A stretch of DNA of 64,000 bases from NCBI GenBank assembly GCA_036502265.1, contig DASXYW010000016.1:4625-68624 (forward strand). Reading direction: 5' to 3'. Positions 47,016 to 58,357 of the stretch are shown here, piece by piece; within the stretch, counting starts at the first letter, position 1; the number at the start of each line of letters is the position of its first letter. The notes beneath the pieces are model-generated. The model worked only from the letters and a program-made list of their open reading frames with translations. It made no database searches and was not told the origin of the DNA. The position numbers and the translations under genes were made by a program. The DNA is from Steroidobacteraceae bacterium (GTDB lineage: Bacteria; Pseudomonadota; Gammaproteobacteria; Steroidobacterales; Steroidobacteraceae).

Positions 47016-48332
47016 ATGAACGTCGCTCAGATGAAACCACCAATCCAGCAGACTGGATTGAAAAACCGTTGGGCGCAGTTGGTCATGGGAATCATCTGCA
47101 TGGCGATGGTGGCCAACCTGCAATATGGCTGGACGCTCTTCGTGGATCCGATGCACGACAAGTTCGGATGGACCAAGGCGGCCATTCAGGTCGCGTTCTC
47201 CATTTTCGTGCTCTGTGAAACCTGGTTGGTGCCGGTCGAAGGCTACCTGATGGACAAATTCGGCCCTCGCCCGGTGGTGTTGGTGGGCGGCATTCTGGCG
47301 GGGCTTTCCTGGATCATGAATTCTTACGCGACCTCGTTGGGGATGCTGTATTTTTCCGCGGTGGTCGGCGGGATCGGGGCTGGCAGCGTCTACGGAACTT
47401 GCGTAGGCCTTGCACTCAAGTGGTTCCCGGACAAGCGTGGTCTTGCCGCCGGACTGACCGCCGCGGGATTCGGCGCCGGTGCCGCACTAACAGTGATTCC
47501 CATCGCGAACATGGTGAAGTCTGGCAGCTACGAGCAGGCATTCTTCACCTTCGGGCTGATCCAGGGCATCGTGGTCCTGGTGGTGTCGTTGTTTCTGCTT
47601 CGACCGCCCATTACCGCTGTTGTCGCCGCGGTTAAGGGCGCGGTGAACCCGATGACCCGACGCAACATCGGACCGGGTGAAATGCTCAAGACGCCGGTGT
47701 TCTGGATGCTCTACGTGTGCATGATTCTGGTCGCGTCAGGCGGGTTGATGGCGGCTGCGGAGGTTGCTCCGATTGCCAAGGATTACGGTGTGGCGAAGAC
47801 CTCGGTCACGTTTCTTTGGGCCACACTGCCGCTGCTCACGTTGGCCCTGTCGATCGATTCGCTCGTGAATGGCTTGACTCGACCTCTCACTGGCTGGATC
47901 TCGGACCATCTCGGGCGCGAGAACACGATGGTGCTGGTTTTTATCGTCGAAGGAGTGGCCATCTGGGGCCTTATGCACTTCGGTCATTACCCCGCAGGCT
48001 TCCTGATCTTCGCACCGCTGATTTTCCTCGGCTACGGCGAAATCTTCTCGCTCTTTCCAGCGGCGAGCGGCGATACCTTCGGCCCGAAGTACGCTGCAAC
48101 CAACAATGGCCTGCTTTACACCGCCAAAGGAACGGCGTCGCTGCTGATCCCACTGGCCAACGTATTGAAGGCGTCCGCCGGCAGTTGGGTGCCCGTACTG
48201 TGGATCGCGGGCGCGTTGCCGATTATCGCTGCCTTTCTGGCGAAATTAGTTCTGGCGCCAATGCGCCGCAAGATGCTTGACCAAGTGGTGGCCGACCCCA
48301 CTGAAAAAGACGCACAGACGCAGCTGACTTAG
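47016..48332 (+). CDS. MFS transporter, oxalate/formate antiporter (OFA) family
   Basis: 438 aa with 12 TM segments. The N-terminus NRWAQLVMGIICMAMVANLQYGWTLFVDP is typical of OxlT-like OFA transporters. Confidence 0.8.
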   Translation: MNVAQMKPPIQQTGLKNRWAQLVMGIICMAMVANLQYGWTLFVDPMHDKFGWTKAAIQVAFSIFVLCETWLVPVEGYLMDKFGPRPVVLVGGILAGLSWIMNSYATSLGMLYFSAVVGGIGAGSVYGTCVGLALKWFPDKRGLAAGLTAAGFGAGAALTVIPIANMVKSGSYEQAFFTFGLIQGIVVLVVSLFLLRPPITAVVAAVKGAVNPMTRRNIGPGEMLKTPVFWMLYVCMILVASGGLMAAAEVAPIAKDYGVAKTSVTFLWATLPLLTLALSIDSLVNGLTRPLTGWISDHLGRENTMVLVFIVEGVAIWGLMHFGHYPAGFLIFAPLIFLGYGEIFSLFPAASGDTFGPKYAATNNGLLYTAKGTASLLIPLANVLKASAGSWVPVLWIAGALPIIAAFLAKLVLAPMRRKMLDQVVADPTEKDAQTQLT

Positions 48333-48360
48333 CGCAATGGTGCGATGAATTGAGCCATCG

Positions 48361-48386
48361 AAAAAGGGGCAGTATCTAACTGCCCC
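48361..48386 (-). terminator. Rho-independent terminator downstream of cbbR (possibly bidirectional with the MFS gene)
   Basis: GGGGCAGT (48366-73) pairs with ACTGCCCC (48379-86), giving a perfect 8-bp stem with a 5-nt loop. On the minus strand it is followed by TTTTT (48365-61). It lies between the convergent stops at 48332 and 48427. Confidence 0.55.
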
Positions 48387-48426
48387 ATTGCCTATCGCTG
48401 CAATCGCGGCCGGCCAATTCTCGCGG

Positions 48427-49371
48427 TCAGTGCCCGGGCAGGAATCCCTGGTGGTGCGCGAAATGCTTGGCGAGGAAAGCCTCGCCGCGCTCCAGGATAA
48501 AGTACCTAAACGCCTCGGCGGCCGGCGACAGTGTCTTGGCCAGCGTGTTGACCACATGCCAGCGGCGCATCACCGGCAGCCCCTCGCATTCGGGCGTGGC
48601 AATCAGGCGGTGATCCAGTTCCAGGCCGATGGTGTGCAGCGACAGCAGCGCCACGCCCATGCCGGCCATGACCGCCTGCTTGATCGACTCGTTGCTCGAC
48701 ATCTGCATGACCACGCGCGGCGTCATTTGGTGCGCGGTCATGAATTCATCTAGCGCTGCGCGCGTGCCCGAACCTGGCTCGCGCACGATGAACCCCTCGC
48801 CGGTCAGCGCGCTGGCTGCGACCTTCTCGGCGCGCGTGAACGGATGATCGACCCCGGTCACCAGCACGTGCGGATGCATCGCGAACGGTTCCGCGCGTGT
48901 GGGCCAGTCTTTCGGGGGGCGGCCCATGATCGCCAGCTCGACACTGCCTTGCTGCATCAGGCTCACGACCTGCTCGCGGTTGTTGCACACCTGCAGGCGT
49001 ACCTCGATACCCGGGTGCTCATCGCGAAACAGCGCCAGCATGCGCGGCACGAAGTACTTCGCAGTGCTCACCATGCCGACGTCGAGCACGCCGGTCTGCA
49101 GACCGCGGAAGCGCGCCACCATGTCCTCGGCGTCGCGCATCGCCGCCAGCACCCGGCGGGTGTGGGCCAGCACGTATTCCCCGACCATCGTCAGCGAAAC
49201 CTTGCGGCTGGAGCGGTCGAACAGTGGCAACCCGACCTCCAGCTCCAATTCCTTGATCTGCATCGACACTGCCGGGGCGCTGAGCCCCAGCTCCTCGGCA
49301 GCGCGCGCGAAACTCAGGTGGCGGGCTACCGAGGCGAATAGCCGCAGCTGGCGGAGGGTGGCGCTCTTCAT
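48427..49371 (-). CDS. cbbR: LysR-family transcriptional activator of the cbb operon
   Basis: 314 aa with a LysR HTH (LRQLRLFASVARHLSFARAAEELGLSAPAVSMQIKELE). It is divergent from cbbL across a 98-nt gap. Confidence 0.85.
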   Translation of the reverse strand: MKSATLRQLRLFASVARHLSFARAAEELGLSAPAVSMQIKELELEVGLPLFDRSSRKVSLTMVGEYVLAHTRRVLAAMRDAEDMVARFRGLQTGVLDVGMVSTAKYFVPRMLALFRDEHPGIEVRLQVCNNREQVVSLMQQGSVELAIMGRPPKDWPTRAEPFAMHPHVLVTGVDHPFTRAEKVAASALTGEGFIVREPGSGTRAALDEFMTAHQMTPRVVMQMSSNESIKQAVMAGMGVALLSLHTIGLELDHRLIATPECEGLPVMRRWHVVNTLAKTLSPAAEAFRYFILERGEAFLAKHFAHHQGFLPGH

Positions 49372-49425
49372 TAAGGAATCCTTAACGTCGAGATAATAAT
49401 AAATGACTGTACCTGAATAATAAAT
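49371..49425. promoter_or_regulatory. cbbR-cbbL control region: LysR T-N11-A inverted repeat plus two AT-rich direct repeats
   Basis: TTAAGGA-A-TCCTTAA (49371-49385) is a 7-bp inverted repeat that overlaps the cbbR start codon. AATAATAAAT occurs twice (49395-49404 and 49416-49425), with starts 21 bp apart. Confidence 0.45.
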
Positions 49426-49448
49426 CGCCCTTAGAGTGAAGCCATTAA

Positions 49449-50948
<1,500 letters not shown>

Positions 50949-50972
50949 AGCAATGGACCAGGAGCACTGATC

Positions 50973-51413
50973 ATGATGAGCAATCCGGCCGGCCGCATCA
51001 CCCAGGGACAGTTCAGCTTCCTGCCCGATCTGAGCGATAGCGAGATCGCATTGCAGATCGACTACGGCCTGAAGCGCGGCTACGCCTGGAGCGTGGAGTA
51101 CACCGACGACCCGCATCCGCGCAACACCTACTGGGAGATGTTCGGCATGCCCATGTTCGATTTGAAGGACGCGGCCGGCGTGATGCTCGAGCTGCAGCAG
51201 TGCCGGCGGACTTTCCCGCAGCACTACATCCGGCTGATGGCGTTCGATGCCACGCGCGGCGTGGAAAGCATCGCGATGAGCTTCATCGTCAATCGGCCCC
51301 GCAGCGAGCCCGGATTCACGCTGTTGCGCCAGGAAGCGCGCGGACGCACGCTGCGCTACAGTGTGCACCGTTACGGCACCGAACGCTCCGAAGGCGAGCG
51401 CGGCGGGGTCTGA
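50973..51413 (+). CDS. cbbS: RuBisCO small subunit (red-type, with C-terminal extension)
   Basis: 146 aa ([24 protein letters not shown]...[15 protein letters not shown]). Confidence 0.9.
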   Translation: MMSNPAGRITQGQFSFLPDLSDSEIALQIDYGLKRGYAWSVEYTDDPHPRNTYWEMFGMPMFDLKDAAGVMLELQQCRRTFPQHYIRLMAFDATRGVESIAMSFIVNRPRSEPGFTLLRQEARGRTLRYSVHRYGTERSEGERGGV

Positions 51414-52387
51414 TGGGGGCGCCCCTCTACACCATCCCCGGGGCCATGGCGCCGGCTTGCGCGCAGCTGGCGAGCGCCGCGGACCCCGCCGCCATCGTCG
51501 CGGCCCCGCGCACCGTCAGCCAGGTGCTGGCGCAAAGTCAGGCCGATGCCGTGATCGATGAACTGGAGCGTGACCTGGTGGGACTGGCACCCATCAAGGC
51601 ACGCATACGCGATATCGCCGCATTGCTCGTGATCGACAAACTGCGTATCACGCTTGGCTTGCAGGCCCAGGCGCCCAGTCTGCATATGTCCTTCACCGGC
51701 AATCCGGGCACCGGAAAGACCACGGTGGCGCTGCGCATGGCGCAGATCCTGCATCGCCTGGGCTACGTGCGCAAAGGCCATCTGGTGGCCGTTACGCGCG
51801 ACGACCTCGTCGGCCAGTACATCGGCCACACCGCCCCCAAGACCAAGGAAGTGGTTAAGAAAGCGATGGGGGGCGTGCTGTTCATCGATGAGGCCTATTA
51901 CCTCTATCGTCCGGAGAACGAGCGCGATTACGGCCAGGAGGCAATCGAGATCCTGCTGCAGGTAATGGAGAGTCAGCGCGACGACCTGGTGGTGATCCTG
52001 GCGGGCTACAAGGACCGCATGGATAGGTTCTTCCGCTCCAATCCGGGCATGAGCTCGCGTATCGCGCATCACCTGGATTTTCCCGACTATGCAAGCACCG
52101 ATCTGGTGCGCATCGCCGACAGCATGTTGGCGCAGCAGAACTACCGCTTCGGCGAGGGCGCGCGCGAGGCATTCCTGGAGTATATCGGGCATCGCATCAG
52201 CCAGGAGCATTTCGCCAATGCGCGCAGCGTGCGCAACGCGCTCGATCGCGCCCGTCTGCGTCAGGCAAGCCGCCTGTTTGCCGAGCGCGAGCGCGAGTTC
52301 ACGCCTGAGGATCTGACCACCATCGCCGAATCCGATATCCGTGCCAGCCGCGTATTTCAGATCACGGCCGGACACAACCAGAGCTGA
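51413..52387 (+). CDS. cbbX: Red-type RuBisCO activase CbbX (AAA+)
   Basis: Start ATG 51413 overlaps the cbbS stop (TGATG). Walker A (GNPGTGKTT) and Walker B ([10 protein letters not shown]) are present. The sequence is collinear with CbbX. Confidence 0.9.
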   Translation: MGAPLYTIPGAMAPACAQLASAADPAAIVAAPRTVSQVLAQSQADAVIDELERDLVGLAPIKARIRDIAALLVIDKLRITLGLQAQAPSLHMSFTGNPGTGKTTVALRMAQILHRLGYVRKGHLVAVTRDDLVGQYIGHTAPKTKEVVKKAMGGVLFIDEAYYLYRPENERDYGQEAIEILLQVMESQRDDLVVILAGYKDRMDRFFRSNPGMSSRIAHHLDFPDYASTDLVRIADSMLAQQNYRFGEGAREAFLEYIGHRISQEHFANARSVRNALDRARLRQASRLFAEREREFTPEDLTTIAESDIRASRVFQITAGHNQS

Positions 52388-52407
52388 TAAGTAATAAGGA
52401 GCCACAC

Positions 52408-53490
52408 ATGCATCTGGGACGCACCACGTTGTCGAAGTTCCTGATCCAGCAGTCCGACCGGACCGAAGATGCCAGCGACCTGGCGGCGTTGCTGATCGAC
52501 GTCGCCGCCGCGGTCAAGGCGATCTCGGCGATGACCGCCAAGGGCGCGCTCGGCGGCGTACTCGGCCGCGTCGGCGACGCCGCCGCGCACGACGACACCC
52601 AGGTCATCAAGCTCGACCTGATGGCCAACGACGAGATGCTGCGCAGCTGCGAATGGGGTGGCCTGGTGGCCGGCATGGCCTCCGAAGAACTCGAGCAGCC
52701 GTATGTCATGCCGGAGGAGTTTCCGCGCGGTCGACATCTGCTGGTATTCGATCCACTCGACGGCTCGTCGAACACCGACGTGAACTGCCCCGTGGGCACG
52801 ATCTTCTCGGTGCTGCGGCACGAGCGGCCCGAGCCGCCGACCACCGCCGATTACCTGCAGCCAGGGGTGCAGCAGGTGGCGGCCGGCTACGCCCTGTACG
52901 GGCCGGCCACCATGCTGGTAATCACCGTCGGCAAGGGCACGCACGGTTTCACGCTCGATCGCGAGATCGGCAATTTCATCCTGACGCACGAGAATCTGCA
53001 GATCCCGGCCGACACCAGCGAGATCGCGATCAACACCAGCAACGCGCGCTTCTGGGAACCGCCGGTACACCGCTACGTGACCGAGTGCCAGGCCGGCAAG
53101 ACCGGCGAGCGCGGCCGCGACTTCAATCTGCGCTGGATCGCCTCCAAGGTGGCCGAAGTGCATCACATCCTGATGCGCGGCGGCGTGTTCATGTATCCGC
53201 GCGACACCAAGGATCCGAAGCGACCGCAGCGACCGCGGCAGGTGTTCGAGGTCAACCCGATCAGCCTGCTGATCGAGCAGGCCGGAGGTCGCGCCAGCAC
53301 CGGCCGGCGCCGGCTGCTGGAAGTGCCGCCCGAAGCATTGCACCACCGCGTGCCGGTCATCTTGGGATCGCGTAACGAAGTCGAGCGGATCGAGCGCTAC
53401 CACGCTGACTACGATCGCGGCGCCGACCGGCCCTATACCTCGCCGCTGTTCAACGAGCGCTCGCTGTTCCGGCCCGAAGCCCGAGCCTGA
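52408..53490 (+). CDS. cbbF: Fructose-1,6-bisphosphatase class 1 (CBB-cycle FBPase/SBPase)
   Basis: 360 aa with metal and substrate motifs (VFDPLDGSSN, EVNPISLLIEQAGG). Confidence 0.9.
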   Translation: MHLGRTTLSKFLIQQSDRTEDASDLAALLIDVAAAVKAISAMTAKGALGGVLGRVGDAAAHDDTQVIKLDLMANDEMLRSCEWGGLVAGMASEELEQPYVMPEEFPRGRHLLVFDPLDGSSNTDVNCPVGTIFSVLRHERPEPPTTADYLQPGVQQVAAGYALYGPATMLVITVGKGTHGFTLDREIGNFILTHENLQIPADTSEIAINTSNARFWEPPVHRYVTECQAGKTGERGRDFNLRWIASKVAEVHHILMRGGVFMYPRDTKDPKRPQRPRQVFEVNPISLLIEQAGGRASTGRRRLLEVPPEALHHRVPVILGSRNEVERIERYHADYDRGADRPYTSPLFNERSLFRPEARA

Positions 53491-53510
53491 AGCACCAGGC
53501 GATCCTCACC

Positions 53511-54386
53511 ATGTCAGTGGCCCATCCCATCATCGCCGTCACCGGTTCCTCCGGCGCCGGAACGACCACGGTCATGAACGCGTTCGCACACATCTTCCGG
53601 CGCGAGAGCATCAAGGCCGAGGTCATCGAGGGCGATTCCTTTCATCGCTATAACCGGGTCGAGATGCGCGAGCGCGTGGCGGCGGCCGACAGCGGCCGCG
53701 GACCGGCGATCAGCCACTTCGGTCCGGAATCCAACCTGCTGGCCGATCTGGCCGATACCTTCGAAGAGTATGGAACGACCGGCGCTGGCAAGTCGCGACG
53801 CTACATCCACGACAGCATCGAGGCCAAGCAGCTTGGCGGCGAGCCGGGCACCTTCACCTCGTGGCAGGCGATGCAACCCGACAGCGATCTGCTGTTCTAC
53901 GAGGGTCTGCACGGCGGTTACGTCGCCGGTGAGCTCAACGTTGCCAAGCATGTCGATCTGCTGGTCGGCGTGGTGCCGATCGTCAACCTGGAGTGGATCC
54001 AAAAACTTCACCGCGACCGTAACCAGCGTGGCTACAGCCAGGATGCGGTGGTCGACACGATCCTGCGGCGCATGCCCGACTACGTCAATTACATCTGCCC
54101 GCAGTTCAGCCGCACGCACGTGAATTTCCAGCGCGTGCCGACCGTGGATACCAGCAATCCATTCATCGCCCGCGACATTCCAACCGCCGATGAGTCGATG
54201 GTGATCATCCGCTTCGCCGATCCCAAGGGCATCGACTTTCCCTACCTGCTGTCGGTGCTGCACCACTCCTGGATGAGCCGGCCGAACAACATCGTGGTGC
54301 CCGGCGGGCAGATGGGGCTAGCGATGCAGTTCATCTTCACGCCGATGATCCTGCGCCTGATCGACCTGAAGCGACGCGCCGCCTGA
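53511..54386 (+). CDS. cbbP: Phosphoribulokinase
   Basis: 291 aa with a P-loop ([11 protein letters not shown]) and PRK-family sequence ([11 protein letters not shown]...EGLHGG). Confidence 0.9.
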   Translation: MSVAHPIIAVTGSSGAGTTTVMNAFAHIFRRESIKAEVIEGDSFHRYNRVEMRERVAAADSGRGPAISHFGPESNLLADLADTFEEYGTTGAGKSRRYIHDSIEAKQLGGEPGTFTSWQAMQPDSDLLFYEGLHGGYVAGELNVAKHVDLLVGVVPIVNLEWIQKLHRDRNQRGYSQDAVVDTILRRMPDYVNYICPQFSRTHVNFQRVPTVDTSNPFIARDIPTADESMVIIRFADPKGIDFPYLLSVLHHSWMSRPNNIVVPGGQMGLAMQFIFTPMILRLIDLKRRAA

Positions 54387-56437
54387 TGGACAGCGAGCTA
54401 GCCGTGGACGCGACTGCGCAGCCGGCGGCGACCGATGCGATGCAATTGGCCAATGCACTGCGCTTTCTGGCGATCGATGCGGTCGAGGCTGCCAACAGTG
54501 GTCATCCCGGCATGCCCATGGGCATGGCCGACGTCGCCGAGGTGTTGTGGCGCGATTATCTGAAGCACGATCCATCGGATCCGGGCTGGGTCGATCGGGA
54601 TCGATTCGTGTTGTCCAACGGTCACGGTTCGATGCTGCTGTACGCGCTGCTCTACTTGACCGGCTATGCGCTGCCGCTGGAGGAACTCAAGCGCTTCCGG
54701 CAACTGCACAGCCGCACACCCGGGCATCCGGAGATCGGTGTGACGCCCGGCGTAGAGACCACCACCGGGCCACTCGGGCAGGGTCTGGCCAATGCCGTCG
54801 GCATGGCCCTCAGCGAGCAGTTGCTGGCCGCCGAATTCAACCGGCCGGGGCACACGATTGTCGATCATCGTACCTGGGTGTTCGTCGGCGACGGTTGCCT
54901 GATGGAAGGCATCAGTCACGAGGCCGGCTCGCTCGCCGGGACCCTCGGACTATCCAAGTTGATCGTGGTGTACGACGACAACGGCATCAGCATCGATGGG
55001 GCGGTTGAGGACTGGTTTGCCGACGACACGCCGGCACGTTTTGAAGCCTATGGCTGGCGAGTGCTGCGCACAGTGGATGGCCACAACCGCGCGGCGGTGG
55101 CCCGCGCGCTCTCGCAAGCGTGCGAGGACACCGGTCGACCGACGCTGATGTGTTGCCGGACCATCATCGGCAGGGGCAGTCCCAACAAGGCCGGCACCCA
55201 CGAGGTGCACGGGGCGGCTCTCGGTGCCGCCGAGGTGCAGGCCACACGGCGCGCACTTGGCTGGAATGCTGCCGCGTTCGAGATCGGCGACGCCGTGCGC
55301 GCGGCCTGGGACGCGCGCCAACTGGGCGCCGAGCGACACGCGGCCTGGCAGCGACGATGGGCAGCCTACCGGCGCGCCCATCCATCGCTGGCTTCGGAAT
55401 TCGAGCGCCGCGTGCTGCGACGTGCGCTGCCGTCGAACTGGCCGCAGGCCAGTGAGGCCGCGCTGCAGTGCGTGGCCCGTGCGCGATCTGCGATCGCGAC
55501 CCGCAAGGCTTCGCAGAATGCCATCGAGGCGCTGCTGCCGCAGCTGCCGGAGCTGCTGGGCGGTTCGGCCGATCTCACCGGCTCGAACCTCACCGCGGCC
55601 AGGGCCAGTGTGGCGCTGCGGCGCGGCCGCTGGGGCAATCACATCAACTATGGCGTGCGAGAATTCGGCATGAGCGCGCTCATGAACGGCATTGCGCTGC
55701 ACGGCGGCTACATTCCATACGGCGGCACGTTTCTGACGTTTTCGGACTACAGCCGCAACGCGGTGCGCATGGCGGCCCTGATGCGCCAGCGCGTGCTATT
55801 CGTATTCACGCACGACAGTATCGGCCTCGGCGAGGATGGGCCGACGCATCAGCCGATCGAGCATCTGGCGAGTCTGCGACTGATTCCGAACAACGCCGTA
55901 TGGCGGCCGTGCGATGCAGTGGAGACACTGTGCGCGTGGCTGGCGGCGATCGAGCGGCGCGACGGACCGACCTGTCTGATCCTTTCGCGTCAGAATCTGC
56001 CGCACGTCGAGCGTGACGCGCAGCAGTTGGCGGCCATTCGCCGCGGTGGCTACGTCGTGGCAGAGACCTCAGTCACGGCCGCCGTGACCTTGCTTGCGAC
56101 CGGCTCGGAGGTCGCACTGGCAATGCAGGCGCGCTCGGCGCTCGGCGATGCGGGAATCGCGGCGCGCGTGGTGTCGATGCCCAGCTGCAGCGACTTCGAT
56201 GCGCAGGATCCTTGGTATCGGGCTCAGGTGCTGCCGCGCGCAATCCCGGTGCTGGCCATCGAGGCGGGTGTGACATGTTTCTGGCGCGCTTACTGCGGTT
56301 TCGAAGGCGACGTCGTCGGTATCGACCGTTTTGGCGAGTCGGCGCCGGCAGCCCAGGTGGCCGAAGCGCTCGGGCTGACGCTCGCAACGATCGTCGAGCG
56401 TGCGCGCGCGCTGGCGCGGCGCGGAGCAGGCTCATAG
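54386..56437 (+). CDS. cbbT: Transketolase
   Basis: 683 aa with a TPP-binding motif ([13 protein letters not shown]...[13 protein letters not shown]). Its start overlaps the cbbP stop. Confidence 0.9.
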   Translation: MDSELAVDATAQPAATDAMQLANALRFLAIDAVEAANSGHPGMPMGMADVAEVLWRDYLKHDPSDPGWVDRDRFVLSNGHGSMLLYALLYLTGYALPLEELKRFRQLHSRTPGHPEIGVTPGVETTTGPLGQGLANAVGMALSEQLLAAEFNRPGHTIVDHRTWVFVGDGCLMEGISHEAGSLAGTLGLSKLIVVYDDNGISIDGAVEDWFADDTPARFEAYGWRVLRTVDGHNRAAVARALSQACEDTGRPTLMCCRTIIGRGSPNKAGTHEVHGAALGAAEVQATRRALGWNAAAFEIGDAVRAAWDARQLGAERHAAWQRRWAAYRRAHPSLASEFERRVLRRALPSNWPQASEAALQCVARARSAIATRKASQNAIEALLPQLPELLGGSADLTGSNLTAARASVALRRGRWGNHINYGVREFGMSALMNGIALHGGYIPYGGTFLTFSDYSRNAVRMAALMRQRVLFVFTHDSIGLGEDGPTHQPIEHLASLRLIPNNAVWRPCDAVETLCAWLAAIERRDGPTCLILSRQNLPHVERDAQQLAAIRRGGYVVAETSVTAAVTLLATGSEVALAMQARSALGDAGIAARVVSMPSCSDFDAQDPWYRAQVLPRAIPVLAIEAGVTCFWRAYCGFEGDVVGIDRFGESAPAAQVAEALGLTLATIVERARALARRGAGS

Positions 56438-56490
56438 ATACGGTTATCGCACCGGCGCGCGCCCACTGGCGCGGCAGGGCGCTGCGCGCG

Positions 56491-57168
56491 GTGCTGTTCG
56501 ATCTGGACGGTACGCTCCTGGATACGGTGGAGGCGATCAGTGCGGCGCTGAACCGGGCGTTGGCCGAGGACGGCCTGCAGGCCGTGCCGGCCGCGCAGGT
56601 TCGCCGCATGATCGGGCGCGGCGCGCCCATGCTGATCACACGTGCGCTCGCGTATCTGGGTGTGGAACTTGATCGGGCGGATCAAGCGCAACTGTTGCAG
56701 CGCTATCTTGCGCATTATCGCGACATCGAAGCCGGAGCGCGGTCCAGCGATGCGCTGTATGCCGGGGTGCCCGAGTGTCTACGTGTGCTCGATGCCATGG
56801 GTCTGCGTCTGGCGGTGGTCACCAACAAGCCGCAACAGATCAGCGCCGGGCTGCTGCAAAGACTGGGGCTGAGCGCCTGGATCGGCACGGTGATCGGTGG
56901 CGACAGTTGCCAGCTGCACAAGCCGGATCCGCAGCCGCTGCTGCTGGCCTGCCAGTCACTGCAGGTGGCAGCCGACGAGGCGCTCATGATTGGTGATTCG
57001 ATCAACGACGTTCAGGCGGCGCGTGCGGCCGGGATGCCGGTACTGTGCGTACCGTACGGGTACAATGAGGGTAATGACCCGCGTGAGTTGCCGTGCGATG
57101 GATTGGTCGAGACGCTGGCCGACGTGCCGGGACTCCTGACCGGCGAATGGGCGCTGCCGACTCGCTGA
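56491..57168 (+). CDS. cbbZ: Phosphoglycolate phosphatase (HAD)
   Basis: HAD motifs are present: LFDLDGTLLDT, VVTNK and IGDSINDVQAARAAG. There is no in-frame ATG between the cbbT stop (56437) and motif I. The start is provisionally placed at GTG 56491 (CTG 56482 is also possible). The track start at 56212 would overlap cbbT by 226 nt. Confidence 0.7.
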   Translation: MLFDLDGTLLDTVEAISAALNRALAEDGLQAVPAAQVRRMIGRGAPMLITRALAYLGVELDRADQAQLLQRYLAHYRDIEAGARSSDALYAGVPECLRVLDAMGLRLAVVTNKPQQISAGLLQRLGLSAWIGTVIGGDSCQLHKPDPQPLLLACQSLQVAADEALMIGDSINDVQAARAAGMPVLCVPYGYNEGNDPRELPCDGLVETLADVPGLLTGEWALPTR

Positions 57169-57185
57169 ATCGGTCCTCATCGCCG

Positions 57186-57977
57186 ATGCTCAAGGCGGTG
57201 CTCTGGGATGTCGATGGCACCCTGGCGGAAACCGAGCGCGATGGCCATTTGGTCGCATTCAATCAGGCCTTCGAGGAACTGGCTCTGCCGTGGCGTTGGA
57301 GCCAGGCGCGCTACGGGGAGTTGCTTCATGTCAGCGGCGGACGCGAACGCCTGGCGCACGATCTGCAGTCGCAACCCTCGGCACCCCGAGACTCCGCTGA
57401 GCGCGCGGCGCTGGTCGAGCGCATCCACCGTCTGAAGAACGAGCTGTACGCGCGCATCGTCGTCACCGGCGCGTTGCCGCTGCGCGGTGGCGTGGCTGAA
57501 CTGTTGCAGGAGTGTCGGCAGGCCAAGCTGCAGATCGGGATTGCGACCACCACCAGCGAGGCCAACGTCGCCGCACTGCTGGGCGCGCAGCTCGGTGCCG
57601 ATTGGCGGGCAACCTTTGACGTCGTGGTGTGCGCCGAACAGGCGCCGCGCAAGAAGCCCGATCCGCAGGTGTACCAGTACGCACTGCGGGCCCTGCACCG
57701 CGCCGGTCACGAGGTGCTCGCAATCGAGGATGCCCCGGCGGGTGTGGCAGCAGCGCGCGCAGCCGGTATCGCTGTGCTGGTGGTGCGCAGTCTCTATTTT
57801 CCCGACGGCGCGGTCGACGATGCCATCGCCGTGGGCTCGTCGCTGGCGCGAACCGAGGGCTGGCAGCCCCCGGCGCAGGATCGACCCGATTCACGCATCC
57901 ATCTGCGCCAGTTGCTCGATTGGCACCGACGCTGGTGGGACGCGCGCGCCAATCATCGAGGCTCAGTGAGTCGGTGA
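57186..57977 (+). CDS. cbbY: CbbY-like HAD phosphatase (xylulose-1,5-bisphosphate phosphatase type)
   Basis: Start ATG 57186 (MLKAVLWDVDGTLAETERDGHLVAFNQAF...). The sequence shows the CbbY-family pattern (GGRERL..., KKPDPQVY, IEDAPAGVAAARAAG). Confidence 0.75.
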   Translation: MLKAVLWDVDGTLAETERDGHLVAFNQAFEELALPWRWSQARYGELLHVSGGRERLAHDLQSQPSAPRDSAERAALVERIHRLKNELYARIVVTGALPLRGGVAELLQECRQAKLQIGIATTTSEANVAALLGAQLGADWRATFDVVVCAEQAPRKKPDPQVYQYALRALHRAGHEVLAIEDAPAGVAAARAAGIAVLVVRSLYFPDGAVDDAIAVGSSLARTEGWQPPAQDRPDSRIHLRQLLDWHRRWWDARANHRGSVSR

Positions 57978-58235
57978 CGGGTCGGGCGCGGGCGCTATGC
58001 TGCCCGCGCTCGAGGCGTCCGGGCGCTTGGGAGCCGGCGCCACCGGAGCGCCGCGCGGCTTGACGCATTCGGCAAAGCCGCTCACGGGACTGACCACGGC
58101 TTGTTCGCACACCGCGTGTGCAGGGGATTTGTCCGGGGCCGGCGCCGCGGCGCTCTCCGTGGCCGAAACGTTCGCCGTCACCGCAAAGGCCAGTGCCAGC
58201 GCGCCGATTGTCAACAAGCGTTCTGAGAATGTCAT
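57963..58235 (-). CDS. Hypothetical small secreted Pro/Ala-rich protein with two Cys
   Basis: The start is assumed at ATG 58235, which gives a clear signal peptide (MTFSERLLTIGALALAFAVTANVSA). No family was recognised. This could be a spurious high-GC ORF. Confidence 0.3.
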   Translation of the reverse strand: MTFSERLLTIGALALAFAVTANVSATESAAAPAPDKSPAHAVCEQAVVSPVSGFAECVKPRGAPVAPAPKRPDASSAGSIAPAPDPSPTH

Positions 58236-58357
58236 TGGCGACAGCCTAGGTCGTGTGCCGCGCCTCGGCAAGAAGCTGCGCAAGCAGTGGCACCACCTGC
58301 GTGCGACGCTATGTTGCCTGCGGCTCTATACTGCCCGTCACAGCCCGGACGACACCG

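Noticed and set aside
56212-56490. The track start at 56212 for the phosphoglycolate phosphatase ORF.
   Set aside because: It would overlap the transketolase gene by 226 nt. The encoded N-terminal extension is Arg/Gly-rich with no HAD similarity, so a start just upstream of the DxDGT motif is more plausible. The exact codon remains uncertain.
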